DNA from: Desulfatiglandales bacterium
GTDB taxonomy: Bacteria; Desulfobacterota; DSM-4660; Desulfatiglandales; Desulfatiglandaceae
Assembly: GCA_963666345.1 (NCBI GenBank)
Contig: OY762721.1
Location: forward strand, 1,856,001-1,920,000
Length of the DNA stretch: 64,000 nucleotides
Direction: 5' to 3'
Under the pieces are notes generated by a model. That model did no database searches. It was given only the letters and a program-made list of their open reading frames with translations, and was not told where the DNA came from. The position numbers were made by a program, and so were the translations under genes. Each line of letters opens with the position of its first letter. Position 1 is the stretch's first letter. This document shows, piece after piece, positions 43,024 to 53,480 of this stretch.

Positions 43024-44385
43024 ATGAGGCACGCCCTTGTTTGCATTTTATTATTTTCAGCCCTTTTCTGGAACTTTCCGGCCCTTGCGAAGGTGGATCT
43101 GGTCACCCTTCCCCAGCGAGACGCGGTCCGGCTCACCATATATAATTCTTCTGATCTTACCCTGGTAAGGGATACCAGGGCACTTACATTGAGAAAAGGC
43201 CTCAACCGTCTCCAGTTTTCATGGGCCAACACACTTATAGACCCCACAAGTCTTGACATGCGGCCCAAAAGGCAGGCCGATCAGGTTGAGATATTGGAGA
43301 TCTCTTTTCCTGCTCAGGGAAAGAACCTCGGAATATGGAATGTTGAAAGCAGGGTAGCAGGTAACCTACCGGTTGAAATCACCTACCTGACAAGCGGATT
43401 GTCATGGCGGGCATTCTATGTCGCCACCCTTGGCAGGGATGAAAAATCGATGGATCTTAAAGGCTATATAAGGGTTATTAATAACAGCGGTGAAGGCTAT
43501 GAAGATTCCGAGATACGCCTGATAGTCGGGAAAATAAACCTCCTTGATGAGATAGCGACACTTGCCCGCAGAAAATTCCCCTACGGCACGCCTATGACTT
43601 TCAAGGCAGATCGCGAACCGGGAAGGGAACCTGCCAGACCTGCAAGGCTCGCCAAGATGAAGCTTGAAAAGGCCGTGAGTGTCTTAAGCGAAAGGCCCAA
43701 GGAGATAAAAAAAGAGGCCCTCAGCGAATATTTTCTCTATTCAATAGAGGGCAGGGAAACAATCCCTGACAGGTGGGCCAAAAGGCTGCTTAGTTTTGAG
43801 GCAACCGGCGTCCCGGTCACGAACCTCTATAAATATGATCCTGCCCGTTTCGGCGATAAGGTAACGAGATTTTTGAGCTTCAAAAACGACGCTGAACACA
43901 GGTTAGGCAAGACTCCCATACCTGGAGGCACTCTGAAGGCCTACAAAAAACTGGGAGAAGAAGGATACCTCACCTATGAAGGCGGTTCAAAATTCAAATA
44001 TATCCCCGTGGGGGAAGATATCGAACTCAACCTCGGCTCAACCTCGGATCTGATTGTCGAACCCAGGCTGCTGTCCCATGAAAGTTCAGATTATACATTT
44101 GACAAACAGGGCGATATAAGCGGCTGGCGGGAGATTCAGAAAATTGAGATAGAGGTGAAAAACACCCGGCCTGTTCCATGTCAAATAGAGATAACGCGCA
44201 ATTTCTCTTCCGGATCATGGCAGATTGAAAAGAGCGGTGATTTCGATTCCTTTGAAAAACTGGACCTTAAAAGAGTGCGGTTCAAACTGGATATGAAACC
44301 TGGAGAAAAAAGGACCTTTTCCTATGTATTGACAGCCTTTCACGGCCTTCAGGCTGACAAAAGGCTTATGAAATCGTCCGGATGA
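43024..44385 (+). CDS. DUF4139-family exported protein (paralog)
   Basis: Signal peptide, LTIYN...LVRDTR, YLTSGLSWRAFY, NNSGE. Confidence 0.8.
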   Translation: MRHALVCILLFSALFWNFPALAKVDLVTLPQRDAVRLTIYNSSDLTLVRDTRALTLRKGLNRLQFSWANTLIDPTSLDMRPKRQADQVEILEISFPAQGKNLGIWNVESRVAGNLPVEITYLTSGLSWRAFYVATLGRDEKSMDLKGYIRVINNSGEGYEDSEIRLIVGKINLLDEIATLARRKFPYGTPMTFKADREPGREPARPARLAKMKLEKAVSVLSERPKEIKKEALSEYFLYSIEGRETIPDRWAKRLLSFEATGVPVTNLYKYDPARFGDKVTRFLSFKNDAEHRLGKTPIPGGTLKAYKKLGEEGYLTYEGGSKFKYIPVGEDIELNLGSTSDLIVEPRLLSHESSDYTFDKQGDISGWREIQKIEIEVKNTRPVPCQIEITRNFSSGSWQIEKSGDFDSFEKLDLKRVRFKLDMKPGEKRTFSYVLTAFHGLQADKRLMKSSG

Positions 44386-44411
44386 TTGAAACATGACCTG
44401 ACAGCAGGCCA

Positions 44412-45620
44412 TTATGACAGATACGCCGCTGCCATCGAGAAAGACCTTTCAAAGGATTTTTCAATCTCCCTGCTCCTTTTCTCCATAAGTGGAAACGGTT
44501 CCTGATGTGTGTAGGGGTATTCAAAATCAAGATAAGATCGCCTTATGGGCAGGTCTCCCTTTGAGCCGCTGAATGTCCATTCAAGCGCACACGGGGGGAC
44601 TACGATGTCTTTTTGAAGCCCAATCACAAAAAGCCTGTCAGCCAGTTGTCTCAGTCTATCATCCCTGATATCGCTCAATCTTTCACGATCAAGCAGCGCC
44701 CTGAAAAAGTTTACGGCCCTCTCATCAAAAGATGCCCCGGCTGAAAAATCATCTTCGCTATCCAGAAACCTGTAAAAGAAAGAATTAAGCTCCTTATTTG
44801 CAAGGCTGTCCATTATCGATTTTCCTTCAGGTCTTGTCGTAAGCATGGCCGCGCCCCCGCAGAACATGCAGAGCCTGGAATCTGAAAACAGCTCCCTTGG
44901 GTCTGTCATGACGATAATCAGGGACAGGAAACAGCCTATGGAATAGGCAAAAAAATCAATGCTTGCATCCCTGTCAAAATGGGGATTTCTTCCGTCCCTT
45001 ATCTGACCTGCAAGCGAAACCACATCCTGGAATGTCTGCATAACAGATGTCATAAATCTTGCCGGTTCATCATGCAGCCTGCAGCTTATGGCGGCATTTG
45101 CAAAGGAGCTCGACCTTAGCCCGGGGAACATCTTTTTGCGAGTCTTTGAAAGGTAATTCATTAACCGGGGCTCACTCCAGCTCTCCGGGGCACGATTCAT
45201 GTGGTATGCTATCGGAAACAGGATGACCGTTTTACCGGTTAACCTGTGGAGGATCTCGGCCCACGGGAGGTATTTGTCCCATTTTCTTTCATTTAATCCA
45301 TGGAAAAAAATGAGCGCCTCCTTTGATTTGGAGCAAGAAGGGCCTTTGATTATGCTGTATTTGAATGAATTATTCCGGGTTATGGCCTTGTCAAGTCCCA
45401 ATATATCCCGCTGAAAATCCGGTTTATCGCATACGCCCGAAAAATCGGCGGGAAACTGGCTCCTTTTGCCGCAAAGACTTATACTCTCCAAAAACCTGGA
45501 ATTTCCTTTTGAAAAAAAAGGCTGATTGAGAACCTGTATCCCCTTTTCAGGGAGATATACGACTTCGTCAACCTGATTGAATTTCAAGTTGAAATATCTG
45601 GAATCATCTATTAGAGACAT
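44412..45620 (-). CDS. DUF6051-like alpha/beta hydrolase
   Basis: HGLNERKWDKY, FPIAYHMNRAP, AYSIG nucleophile elbow, HQEPFP. Confidence 0.7.
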   Translation of the reverse strand: MSLIDDSRYFNLKFNQVDEVVYLPEKGIQVLNQPFFSKGNSRFLESISLCGKRSQFPADFSGVCDKPDFQRDILGLDKAITRNNSFKYSIIKGPSCSKSKEALIFFHGLNERKWDKYLPWAEILHRLTGKTVILFPIAYHMNRAPESWSEPRLMNYLSKTRKKMFPGLRSSSFANAAISCRLHDEPARFMTSVMQTFQDVVSLAGQIRDGRNPHFDRDASIDFFAYSIGCFLSLIIVMTDPRELFSDSRLCMFCGGAAMLTTRPEGKSIMDSLANKELNSFFYRFLDSEDDFSAGASFDERAVNFFRALLDRERLSDIRDDRLRQLADRLFVIGLQKDIVVPPCALEWTFSGSKGDLPIRRSYLDFEYPYTHQEPFPLMEKRSREIEKSFERSFSMAAAYLS

Positions 45621-45711
45621 AGCTTCTTCATCTGAGCAGACCGGCTATCCTGATCAAGGCCTGATAGAATTCCTCATGACTTTACCTGTCAAGGAAAAAG
45701 GCTCACCCTCT

Positions 45712-46992
45712 CTATCTTACAGGTTGATTGAAATAGCCCAGCTCAAGGTCGGGACACGCATCCTTGAGGATGGAAATCATTTTCTTCATGCCCATGCCGG
45801 GCTGTTCTGAACAGGGCATGCTTTCAAGATAAAATGCTGGGTCAATGTTCAGGTTTTTGAGGTGTATGAAGTTTACACCCGTTTTTTCAACAAGCGCCAG
45901 GAGTGCCTCCAGCTCCTTTTCCTGATCCGATATCCCTGGAAAGACAAGGTAATTGATCATGGTGTATATGCCCATATCCCGTGAAAGCCTGACGGATTCC
46001 ACCACATCATCGAAACCATAGCCCTTCGGCCGATAGTAGGCATCATACAAGGATTTCCTGGGACTGTTGAGGCTTATTCTGATGGAATCTAGCCCGCTTG
46101 AGATTATCTTTTTCACCATCCCCGGAAGGCTGCCGTTTGTGTTGAGATTGATCGTGCCCTTGTCCGTGCCCTTTCTCATATCACTTATGCTCTCCACGAT
46201 AAGTGCATGCTCTGTCAAAGGCTCACCCTCACAGCCCTGGCCGAAGCTTACAATAGGGTTGGGAGCGTTCTTCAGATGATTGAGCGCAATAGATACGAGT
46301 TCCTCCCTGCCTGGCCTGAACGCCAGCCTTGCGTGCGAGGCCTCAAATGATCCCTCCGGCTGCAGGGAAAGGCAGCCAAGGCATCCGGCATTGCAGCTCT
46401 GACTTACAGGAAGCGGGGCCTCCCATCTTCTGAGAAACAGGTTTTTAGCGGCAAAACAGTGGTTAACCGTGGCACAATTTATAAGATGCTTTGTAAGAGG
46501 CCCCGCACCATATTCATCCCTGAATCTGTCGATTGCCGTAATCAATTCCCGGTCGTCATAATTTGCAGGGTCCCATGTGTGGTTATATTCGATCTGGAAA
46601 CCGGCGACCCGGTAGCTGTCATCCCTGAAACCGACCGCGGTGTAGGCCCACATCGGAAGATCATAATCCTTTTCACCGTAATCGGCGGCCGGAAGGTGTG
46701 TCCTCACGAATCCGGGCTCAAGAAATGCCGATACCGCGTTGCACCTGACCTTTTTTCCCGACACATCCTCTTCTTCGATCCGAACAAGCTCACCGCTTTC
46801 CGGATCAACCCCGATAGGCGGGCATTTGGGAAGAAAAAACAGTTTGCTGAATTCAGGCATTGAGATGAGATCGCTTTCATCCAGCTCCACAGGCTTATCC
46901 CCTGAAAAGGCGGCCATGCGCAGATACGGATGTTCATAGATTTTACCTTCATCATCGGCGTACAGCATAAAAGGAAGCCGTTCCAGATCCAT
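45712..46992 (-). CDS. Radical SAM protein of unknown function
   Basis: CNAGCLGC, SFGQGCEGEP, NLNTNGS. Confidence 0.88.
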   Translation of the reverse strand: MDLERLPFMLYADDEGKIYEHPYLRMAAFSGDKPVELDESDLISMPEFSKLFFLPKCPPIGVDPESGELVRIEEEDVSGKKVRCNAVSAFLEPGFVRTHLPAADYGEKDYDLPMWAYTAVGFRDDSYRVAGFQIEYNHTWDPANYDDRELITAIDRFRDEYGAGPLTKHLINCATVNHCFAAKNLFLRRWEAPLPVSQSCNAGCLGCLSLQPEGSFEASHARLAFRPGREELVSIALNHLKNAPNPIVSFGQGCEGEPLTEHALIVESISDMRKGTDKGTINLNTNGSLPGMVKKIISSGLDSIRISLNSPRKSLYDAYYRPKGYGFDDVVESVRLSRDMGIYTMINYLVFPGISDQEKELEALLALVEKTGVNFIHLKNLNIDPAFYLESMPCSEQPGMGMKKMISILKDACPDLELGYFNQPVR

Positions 46993-47059
46993 TTCTAATT
47001 TGTTCCTTTCCTTTACTCTTTAATTTTTACGACTTTGTAAAAAGTCCATTCTTGTACCT

Positions 47060-47277
47060 CGTTTGCACACAAGAGCAGGTGCCGGGGCTCTTTCAGGAGG
47101 CCTTATCTCACAAAAAAATACCACAGGAAGATGCAGTGGCCGCAGACCGCGCTTTCTTCCCGGGAGCCCTATCAGCTTAGGTAATGCATACAAAAGCCCG
47201 GGGATGCGGCCACTTTTCCGTAAGAAATAGAGAAGGCCGGAGAAAGAGTGCCGGCGCCTGCGCGCACCGGCTGCAGC
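47060..47277 (+). repeat. Repeat family A copy abutting the purD stop codon
   Basis: Complete hairpin core GCAGGTGCCGG...CCGGCGCCTGC. Confidence 0.92.
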
Positions 47278-48570
47278 CTAAGACCCTGAGTTTTCTCTTG
47301 CAATAGCCCTATGGCCTATATCAGTGCGATAATATGCATCCTTCCAGCCTATCTTCTTGACTATGTCATACGCCTTATCCCTGGCACTGCTCACCTTCCG
47401 ACCCAGTGCGGTCACGCACAGCACCCTGCCGCCGTTTGTAACTATCTTTCCGTCCCGCATCCTGGTGCCCGCATGAAACACCTTGTAACCCCTTTCATCC
47501 AGGCCTCCCAGACCCTCTATAACGTCTCCCTTCCGGTATTCTATAGGATACCCCCCGGCAGCCATTACCACCCCGAGGGACGATCTTTCATCCCAGAGTG
47601 CCTCTACTTCGTTCAATCGTCCGTCAAGGGCTGCAAGGCAAAGCTCCACAAGGTCCGATTTAAGCCTCAGGATTATCGGCTGTGTCTCAGGATCTCCAAA
47701 ACGGCAGTTGTATTCAAGTACCTTGGGTGTACCATCCTTCTGGATCATCAGCCCCGCGTAGAGGAACCCGATGTAAGGGACACCCTCTTCAGCCATGCCC
47801 TTTACGGTCGGTTCAATAACCTCTTTCATGGCCCGCTGGTAGATCTCATCGGTAAGCACCGGGGCCGGCGAATAGGCGCCCATACCTCCGGTGTTTGGTC
47901 CCTTATCACCATTGTCTCTGGTCTTATGATCCTGAGAAGTGGCTAGAGGCAGTATGTTTTTCCCATCGGTCATTACGATGAAACTTGCCTCTTCACCCCT
48001 GAGCATCTCTTCAACAACAATAGTCTGCCCCGCCTTGCCGAATGCCTCGCCTGAAAGCATATTGTCCACACTGCTGAAGGCATCTGACTCGCTTTGAGCT
48101 ATGATGACACCCTTTCCGGCCGCAAGCCCGTCCGCCTTGATAACCAGGGGGGTGCCGATTTTGCGTATATAATCCTTTGCGGCTCCCGCATCCTCGAATA
48201 TCTTATAGTCGGCCGTTGGGATGAAATTTCTCGCGAGAAAATCTTTCGCAAAGCCCTTTGATCCCTCCAGTTGAGCCCCCTTTCTCGTAGGGCCGAAACA
48301 CTTGAGACCCTTTTCGGCAAAAACATCCACAACCCCTTTAACAAGAGGATTTTCAGGGCCTATTATGGTGAGGTCAATCCTTTCCTTTTCCGCGAAATCG
48401 GCCAGCTCTCCCACGGAACCGTCACTTATGGCCAGATTTTCAACGTTTTTCTCCCCCGCCGTACCCGCGTTTCCCGGCGCGACAAAAACCCTTTCCACCA
48501 ATGGTGAGCAAGCAGCCTTCCAGGCCAGGGCATGTTCCCTTCCGCCTCCTCCTACAACCATTACCTTCAT
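47278..48570 (-). CDS. purD: Phosphoribosylamine-glycine ligase
   Basis: GGGGREHAL, KADGLAAGKGV, QDHK, NTGGMGAY, EYNCRFGDPE. Confidence 0.96.
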   Translation of the reverse strand: MKVMVVGGGGREHALAWKAACSPLVERVFVAPGNAGTAGEKNVENLAISDGSVGELADFAEKERIDLTIIGPENPLVKGVVDVFAEKGLKCFGPTRKGAQLEGSKGFAKDFLARNFIPTADYKIFEDAGAAKDYIRKIGTPLVIKADGLAAGKGVIIAQSESDAFSSVDNMLSGEAFGKAGQTIVVEEMLRGEEASFIVMTDGKNILPLATSQDHKTRDNGDKGPNTGGMGAYSPAPVLTDEIYQRAMKEVIEPTVKGMAEEGVPYIGFLYAGLMIQKDGTPKVLEYNCRFGDPETQPIILRLKSDLVELCLAALDGRLNEVEALWDERSSLGVVMAAGGYPIEYRKGDVIEGLGGLDERGYKVFHAGTRMRDGKIVTNGGRVLCVTALGRKVSSARDKAYDIVKKIGWKDAYYRTDIGHRAIARENSGS

Positions 48571-48616
48571 ATCACCCCTCCCTTTGATTATACCGTAACA
48601 CCTTCCACCCCAGCCT

Positions 48617-49309
48617 TCAGGCAAGCGCGTATTCGACCGCCGCTACCGCATGAATACGGGCGGTATCAAAAAGTTCAACAGGCGAATCCTTGTCCTTGAC
48701 GAGAAGACCGATCTCGGTGCATCCCAGGATTATCGCCTCCGATCCTCTGTTTACGAGCCGTTCGATAACCTCCAGATATCTCCTCCTGGCCAGTTCGGAG
48801 ATCTTACCGCAGCACAGTTCGTCATATATTACCTTGTGTACCATCTTCCTATCAGGGCCTTCAGGAATAATGACATTCAGATCGTGCATCTGCTCCAGTC
48901 TGCCCCTGTAAAAGTCCGCTTCCATGGTAAAGCTTGTGCCGAGGAGGCCTATGGTATCATAGCCTTTTTCTTTTATCCTGGCTGCCGTTGCATCCGCAAT
49001 ATGAAGAAGAGGTATGCCTATCCCGGCTTCCACCTGTTCGGCCATAAGGTGCATGGTATTAGTGCAGATGATTACAAAATCGGCACCTCCCCTTTCAAGC
49101 GCCCTGGCGGCATCTATCATTACCTCCGTGGCTTCTTCCCACCTTTGCCCTTTCTGGAGTTTTTCCACTTCGGCAAAATCAACCGAGTAGATAAGCGACT
49201 TCGCAGAGTGAAGACCTCCCAGCCTTTGCCTTACCGTTTCATTTATTATCCGGTAGTATTCAATCGATGATTCCCAGCTCATTCCACCGATAAGTCCGAT
49301 AGTCTTCAT
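48617..49309 (-). CDS. Aspartate/glutamate racemase family (YgeA/RacX-like)
   Basis: GLIGGMSWES, CTNTMH, ILGCTEI. Confidence 0.92.
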   Translation of the reverse strand: MKTIGLIGGMSWESSIEYYRIINETVRQRLGGLHSAKSLIYSVDFAEVEKLQKGQRWEEATEVMIDAARALERGGADFVIICTNTMHLMAEQVEAGIGIPLLHIADATAARIKEKGYDTIGLLGTSFTMEADFYRGRLEQMHDLNVIIPEGPDRKMVHKVIYDELCCGKISELARRRYLEVIERLVNRGSEAIILGCTEIGLLVKDKDSPVELFDTARIHAVAAVEYALA

Positions 49310-49425
49310 TATGCCTCCAGATTATTTGCATGTTGAGCCGATTAAATGACCTGCTTATTGAAAGGCCCGTTACAAACGATTCTTAAGATTCAATCTCCAT
49401 AAGGATATTTCCACCTGCCTTATCT

Positions 49426-49857
49426 CTACAGATTATACACCTGACTGCCCGGGATCACGGTAAAACCTTTTTCCTGAAGCACGTCTATCGCCTCATCTGT
49501 CCGGTCGAACCTGAAGATGATCAGCGCCTTTTCCTTGCTTCTTTCAACAAATGCATAGGTATATTCGGTGCTGATGTTCTTTTCCGAGAGCGCCGCCAGA
49601 ATGCTGTAAAAACCTCCCGGACGGTCCGGCACTGCAACTGCAACCACAAAGGTCCTCCTGACGGTGAATCCCTTTTCCTGAAGTGCCTTTTCAGCCTTGT
49701 CAATATCGTTTACAATTATGCGGAGGATTCCGAAGTCAGAGGTATCGGCCAGAGACAGCGCCCTGATATTGATTTCCTTTTCGCCAAGCACCTTGGCCGC
49801 CTGTTCAAGCATTCCGGGTTTATTTTCCAGAAATATGGAAAGCTGCTCAACTTTCAT
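49426..49857 (-). CDS. Tandem ACT-domain protein
   Basis: QLSIFLENKPG, ADTSDFGILR, PDRPGG. Confidence 0.9.
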   Translation of the reverse strand: MKVEQLSIFLENKPGMLEQAAKVLGEKEINIRALSLADTSDFGILRIIVNDIDKAEKALQEKGFTVRRTFVVAVAVPDRPGGFYSILAALSEKNISTEYTYAFVERSKEKALIIFRFDRTDEAIDVLQEKGFTVIPGSQVYNL

Positions 49858-49871
49858 GGACCTATCTCCTC

Positions 49872-51173
49872 TCAGCTGTGTCTATTGTCTATTACCCTGT
49901 GGGCCTTTCCCTCGAATCGCCTGAGATTCTTGGGCCCTACCAGTTTTATCTTCGCGGTAATTCCCAGATACTCCTTGATATCCTTTGTTATCCGCCTTTC
50001 CAGATTCTGAAGCGCCCTGATTTCATCTGAAAAGATCTTTTCACTCACCTCCACGCAGATCTCCAGTGTATCCATCTTCCCGACCCTGTCGACCATCAGT
50101 TCATAGTGCGGTTCAAGCCCTTCTATATTGAGAAGCACGCTCTCCACCTGGCTCGGGAAAACGTTTACGCCCCTTATTATCAGCATATCATCGCTTCTGC
50201 CCGATACCCTTTCCATCCTCACATGGGTCCTTCCACACCTGCAGGGCTCTTTTATAAGCCGTGACAGATCCCTGGTTCGGTAGCGGATAAGGGGAAAGGC
50301 CTCCTTGGTCAGAGAGGTAAATACCAGTTCCCCTGCCTCACCCCGGGGAAGGACCTGTCCTGTCTGAGGGTCAATGGTCTCCACCAGGAAGTGATCTTCA
50401 AAGATATGAAGACCCTCCCGACCCTCTTTGCACTCGATTGCCACGCCCGGACCGATTATCTCGGAAAGTCCGTATATGTCCAGGGCGTCGATATCGAGTC
50501 TTTGTTCTATCTCCTTTCTTATCTTCTCGCTCCAGGGCTCGGCCCCGAAAACACCTACCCTGAGGGCCAGGGCCTTCATGTCGACACCCATCTCTTCGCC
50601 CTGTTCGGCCAGGTAGAGTGCGTAGCTAGGGGTACAGCATATAGCGGTGGGGGCAAAGTCCTGGAGGATCATTATCTGCTTTTTTGTGTTTCCGCCGGAC
50701 ATCGGAATAACGCTTGCACCGAGTCTTTCAGCACCGTAGTGAGTCCCGAGCCCGCCGGTAAAGAGGCCGTAACCGTATGCGTTGTGTATCATATCATCCC
50801 GGGTAAGACCGGCAGCCATAAAGGACCTTGCCATCAGTTCCGACCACGTGGCTATGTCTCTTCGTGTGTATCCTACCACGGTGGGTTTTCCTGTTGTCCC
50901 TGATGAGGCGTGAAGCCTCACGATGCTGCTCATCGGGACAGCAAAAAGACCGAAAGGGTAGTTGTCCCTCAGATCCTGCTTTGTGGTAAATGGGAATCTC
51001 TTGATATCATCAAGACCCTTGATTTCATCAGGCGAGATCCCTGATTTTTTAAACGACCCCTTATAAAAATCAACCGTATGGTAGGCCCTTTGAAGCACCT
51101 GCTTGAGCCTTTTAAGCTGAAGCGCTTCAAGTGCCTCCCTTGGAAGGGTTTCGAATTCCTCATTAAAGATCAT
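49872..51173 (-). CDS. paaK: Phenylacetate-CoA ligase
   Basis: [36 protein letters not shown]. Confidence 0.92.
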   Translation of the reverse strand: MIFNEEFETLPREALEALQLKRLKQVLQRAYHTVDFYKGSFKKSGISPDEIKGLDDIKRFPFTTKQDLRDNYPFGLFAVPMSSIVRLHASSGTTGKPTVVGYTRRDIATWSELMARSFMAAGLTRDDMIHNAYGYGLFTGGLGTHYGAERLGASVIPMSGGNTKKQIMILQDFAPTAICCTPSYALYLAEQGEEMGVDMKALALRVGVFGAEPWSEKIRKEIEQRLDIDALDIYGLSEIIGPGVAIECKEGREGLHIFEDHFLVETIDPQTGQVLPRGEAGELVFTSLTKEAFPLIRYRTRDLSRLIKEPCRCGRTHVRMERVSGRSDDMLIIRGVNVFPSQVESVLLNIEGLEPHYELMVDRVGKMDTLEICVEVSEKIFSDEIRALQNLERRITKDIKEYLGITAKIKLVGPKNLRRFEGKAHRVIDNRHS

Positions 51174-51561
51174 ATCGTCTTCCTCTCCTTTTATTCACCT
51201 TCAAAATAGACGCCCTCAGGAGGTATAATCGGAGACCTTCCTTCTGCGGGCCTAGCGTGTAAAAGCGGACCTGCTGTCCATATTCTCTTTAACTGATAGT
51301 TCCGCCTGGAGGGCGGAATCAGGGACTGACCGAGAGCATTAAAATTCAGGTATGTTTTTCATGTCAACATTTCTTTTTGCGGTTATATTAAACACTATTT
51401 CATTTACGATCTCAAGGCAGGCGGCGCCAGGTGAGAACTTTTTGTTAATTTAAGACCGGAGCCCCGCTTCGTTCAACGCCTTTACCCTCACGCCTTCGGC
51501 ACTTACCCCTGTTTCATTCGGCCAGAAACAGATACCCATTTTCTTGTTCAATTTTCTGCCA

Positions 51562-51890
51562 TACACACAAGAGCAGGTGCCGGAGCTGTTTCAGGAGGCC
51601 TTATCTCACAAAAAAATACCACAGGAAGTTCCAGTGGCCGTAGACCGGGCTTTCCTCCCGGGAGCCCCATCAGTTCGGGTAACGCCTGCAAAAGCCCGGG
51701 GATACGGCCGCTTTTCCGTAACACATAGAGAAGGCCGGATGAAAGAGTGCCGGCGCCTGCGCGCACCGGCTAAAGATGCGAGAAAAGAAAAAAAGGGGCA
51801 TGGTTATTTTATACGGAAAAACCGGAAACGCACCCCTGTCCATTATTTTATACCTTTGTTTGTTTGCGCACAAGAGCAGGTGACGGAGCG
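51562..51890 (+). repeat. Repeat family A, one unit plus start of a second (period 303 bp)
   Basis: CAAGAGCAGG at 51568 and 51871. Confidence 0.92.
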
Positions 51891-52041
51891 TGACCAAGTA
51901 AATAAAATAAGACTCACACCCATAGATGTTGACCCGGACTATTGTTTATGAATAATATCAAGAGTTGGAATATTTTATTTAAGACCCCTTTCGGCAATCT
52001 AAAATCAAGCTTTACCCGGAGGCCCAGGCCCTTTCTTAATT

Positions 52042-53466
52042 ATGGCAAAAACTGAAAATATCCGCCCTTTAAAAGGGAAACAGTTCAGACTCGTAAAATT
52101 TTTCGCCTATGCCAGCTTCATCGTCCTCGCCCTGGCCAGCTTTCCCTTCTCCGTTGTCATATCTCAGCAGGCAAAGGATCTTCTCACAAAAAGCTACGAA
52201 AACTACGCCCTTTTTCTGGGTGAGAACCTCAACCACCAGGTATTTCAAAACTTTGTCATTCCTGTGACTATGCGTTTCGGGCAGATACGGCTTAGGGAAA
52301 AAGAACAACATGATCTGATGGACCGGATAGTCAAAAACACCACCCATAGCTTTAAGATGGACATGGTCAATATCTATGACATAGGCAAAGGTGTGGTCGC
52401 CTACAGCACGGACCCGGAGATTGTGGGTAAAAAGGTATCTGAAAATCCCGGCTATCTGTCGGCCGTAAAAGGGAAAAGCAGTTCCAGGCTTCTATCAGAG
52501 GAAGAAAGTCTCTGGGGCCTTGGCCTGGACCTGATCGGAGGAGAAAAAAAACTCAGGACCTATATACCATTTCGAAAAATGGGATATATGGCAAATGAAA
52601 AGGGTTATGTGCTCGGGGTGTTCGAACTGATACAGGACCTGACAACAGAGTACAAGTCGACAGTGAGACTTCAGTATGTCATATTCGGGCTTTCGCTACT
52701 TATAATGGGCTTCATATTCATCGCCCTCTTATTGATTGTCCATAAGGCCGAAAACATCCTGGAGCAAAGGGCAAGGGAGCAAAGAGAGCTTCAGGCTCAG
52801 CTCGATCAGGCCGAAAGGCTTGCAGCGCTAGGTCAGATGTGCGCCGGAGTATCCCATGAAATCAGAAATCCTCTGGGGATTATAAGAAGTACTGCAGAAC
52901 TGCTCGGAACGCTGCCTGACGCACAGGAAACCCAGAAAAACTTATCAGGCGTCATAGTCGAGGAGTCAACAAGGCTCAATAACATTGTTACCGAATTCCT
53001 CGATTTTGCGAGGCCTTCTGAACCCAATCTTCAGGACTGTTATCTGGACGAGATCATAACTAGGAATCTCTCCTTTCTCGGGCCTCACCTGGCTAAACAT
53101 GGAATCATCGTCAACAAAGATCTCAACCGCCCCCTGAGGATAAATGCCGACCCTCAACTCCTGTACAGGAGTTTCCTTAATATTCTCATGAATTCCGTGC
53201 AGTCCATGAAACAGGGAGGCGAAATAACCATAGAAGTAAACGAAGATGAAGAAAATTATATCCTTGCTATAAAAGATACCGGTTCCGGCATCCGTGGGAA
53301 AGACCTCGGTAAGATATTCAACCCTTTTTTCAGTACAAAGGATGAAGGCAGCGGGCTGGGACTTCCGATTGTGAGAAATATTATCGAAGGCCACAGGGGA
53401 TCGATCTGGATCGAAAGCGATGAAGGTTCAGGAACCATGGTCTTCATTAAACTGCCCCGTGCCTAG
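52042..53466 (+). CDS. Sensor histidine kinase (NtrB/ZraS-like)
   Basis: Two TM segments, VSHEIRNPL, DTGSGI, FNPFFSTK, GSGLGL. Confidence 0.93.
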   Translation: MAKTENIRPLKGKQFRLVKFFAYASFIVLALASFPFSVVISQQAKDLLTKSYENYALFLGENLNHQVFQNFVIPVTMRFGQIRLREKEQHDLMDRIVKNTTHSFKMDMVNIYDIGKGVVAYSTDPEIVGKKVSENPGYLSAVKGKSSSRLLSEEESLWGLGLDLIGGEKKLRTYIPFRKMGYMANEKGYVLGVFELIQDLTTEYKSTVRLQYVIFGLSLLIMGFIFIALLLIVHKAENILEQRAREQRELQAQLDQAERLAALGQMCAGVSHEIRNPLGIIRSTAELLGTLPDAQETQKNLSGVIVEESTRLNNIVTEFLDFARPSEPNLQDCYLDEIITRNLSFLGPHLAKHGIIVNKDLNRPLRINADPQLLYRSFLNILMNSVQSMKQGGEITIEVNEDEENYILAIKDTGSGIRGKDLGKIFNPFFSTKDEGSGLGLPIVRNIIEGHRGSIWIESDEGSGTMVFIKLPRA

Positions 53467-53480
53467 GTGGAGCGCATACT

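Noticed and set aside
51230..51340. Riboswitch in the paaK leader
   Set aside because: Only a single hairpin seen; no known aptamer consensus recognised
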